In this document: one piece after another, positions 62,901-64,000 of the stretch
Numbering within the stretch: position 1 is the stretch's first letter
How the letters are laid out: each line of letters opens with the position of its first letter
Assembly: GCA_002269645.1 (NCBI GenBank)
Contig: NIVC01003056.1
Span: forward strand, 1-64,000
DNA: 64,000 bases
Source: Macrostomum lignano
Taxonomy: Eukaryota
Direction: 5' to 3'
Position numbers and translations under genes: made by a program
The notes under the pieces: generated by a model
Seen by the model: the letters and a program-made list of their open reading frames with translations, nothing else
The model's database searches: none
Told to the model about the DNA's origin: nothing

Positions 62901-63052
62901 GCTGTCTTAGGATGTTTTCTTTTTGCATTGCACTTCATCTGAGCAGTTTTTCTATTGACTATGTGAAGGCTTTGTTTGGCCATCTTATTGATACTTGTAG
63001 AGAACAGAGATTCTATCTAGATGTCCCCCATCGGGGGGCGAAGATTGCTAGT
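59999..63052 (+). mobile_element. Non-autonomous Helitron-like element, family B, copy B4 (inverted near-copy of B2)
   Basis: Starts ATATACTAAAAATGAGTTGTCTGTGGG right after the CTCGT of unit 10; ends CCCCCATCGGGGGGCGAAGATTGCTAGT at 63052; 23-bp array ~60600-62630. Confidence 0.8.
60466..60544 (+). other. tRNA-like Pol III box module inside family B (also 40415-40480 and 43605-43675 on the minus strand)
   Basis: A-box-like TAGCC(CT/AA)GATGCG, B-box GGGTTCGAATC about 42 nt later, then a T run. Confidence 0.5.
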
Positions 63053-63221
63053 AGAAAGCTAAAGCCGGATATTTTTATCCAAGCTAAAACTAAAACAGTA
63101 GCTAGTTTTAGCAAATAAGAACTCAAAATGTCGCCAAAAAGTACATGACGCGGAAAATGATCTGTTTACACGCAGGATCAGGAGACAGATGGGTGATCTC
63201 GGTGGTCGGTGGGTCAGAATG

Positions 63222-63365
63222 CAGAGTCAGGATGTTGTGTGACGACAGTCAGGATGTTGTGTCGGGAGAGTCAGAATGTTGTGTCGGGAAAGTCAGGATG
63301 TTGTGTCGGGAGAGTCAGGATGTTGTGTCGGGAGAGTCAGGATGTTGTGTCAGTAGAATCAGAAA
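63222..63365. repeat. 22-bp tandem repeat (GAGTCAGGATGTTGTGTCGGGA), ~6 copies
   Basis: Direct reading. Confidence 0.85.
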
Positions 63366-63616
63366 GTTGTGTCAAGAAGTTAAGTATGTGGTTTCGGGCG
63401 AGTAATTAAGATGTGGAGCTAGGAGTACCGACCGTTTCCTGGAAAATTTTATTTCTGAACTATATACTCGCACGTGATAAGCGGCTACTAACAGTAGCAA
63501 TATTGGCAATTGAAAGCTAATTTTTTGTTGGCTTATGTCACTTATAGATGATGTTAGATTAGAGCGTGTGAGATGAGACCCCGTCTCTGCCATGACCTTT
63601 ATGACTGCCAGATGGT

Positions 63617-63850
63617 TAGGGGCGCCCGATGCTTGGGGGGGGCGCCGATGATAGTGGCGCCAATGTTATGGGCGCCGATGCTTAGGGGGCGCTGATGATA
63701 GGGGCGCCGATGATAGAGGGCGCCGATGATAGGAGCGCCAATGTTATGGTCGCCGGTTCTTGGGGCGCTGATGTTAAGGGCACCAATGTTAGGGGCGCCG
63801 ATGCTTTCGGGGCACCGATGATAGGAGCGCCAATGTAAGACGCCAATGTT
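63617..63850. repeat. Degenerate ~15-17-bp GGGCGCC(G/A)ATG repeats
   Basis: Direct reading; may be the subterminal repeats of an element that extends past the window. Confidence 0.75.
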
Positions 63851-64000
63851 AGCTTTTTTAACTGGGAATGCGATGCCAGACCGTGAGACCCCATCAGGAG
63901 AGACTCCAACCGCGTGCCCATCAACCTAGCCAGCCGCTATTTTTTGTTCGGGTGAGGTCGCATTTCACGCCAGATCTGGTGAGCTGAGATGAATAAAATA

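Overview
Eukaryotic (metazoan, invertebrate-like) repeat-rich DNA with no prokaryotic features. Main contents in order: (1) an apparently intact CACTA/EnSpm (CMC)-type transposase ORF at 39-1973; (2) a ~184-bp satellite with A/B monomers (5.6-9.4 kb) whose left edge is folded back; (3) a 2.85-kb Mutator-like element with ~180-bp TIRs, a 9-bp TSD and a broken FLYWCH+DDE transposase; (4) one plausible host gene, a two-exon RS/RGG-rich BCLAF1/THRAP3-like (Btz-like motif) CDS at 22763-24167 with phase-consistent splice sites; (5) a 588-bp Tc1/mariner-type MITE; (6) many mini/microsatellites. The most striking structure is a ~27.6-kb block (35466-63052) built almost entirely of 14 non-autonomous Helitron-like elements of two families joined head-to-tail. 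Three run leftward and eleven run rightward from a ~135-bp spacer. Neighbours are different subtypes, every third family-A unit is near-identical, and the same termini carry different satellite cargo. All family assignments come from motif recognition by eye; no database search was run.
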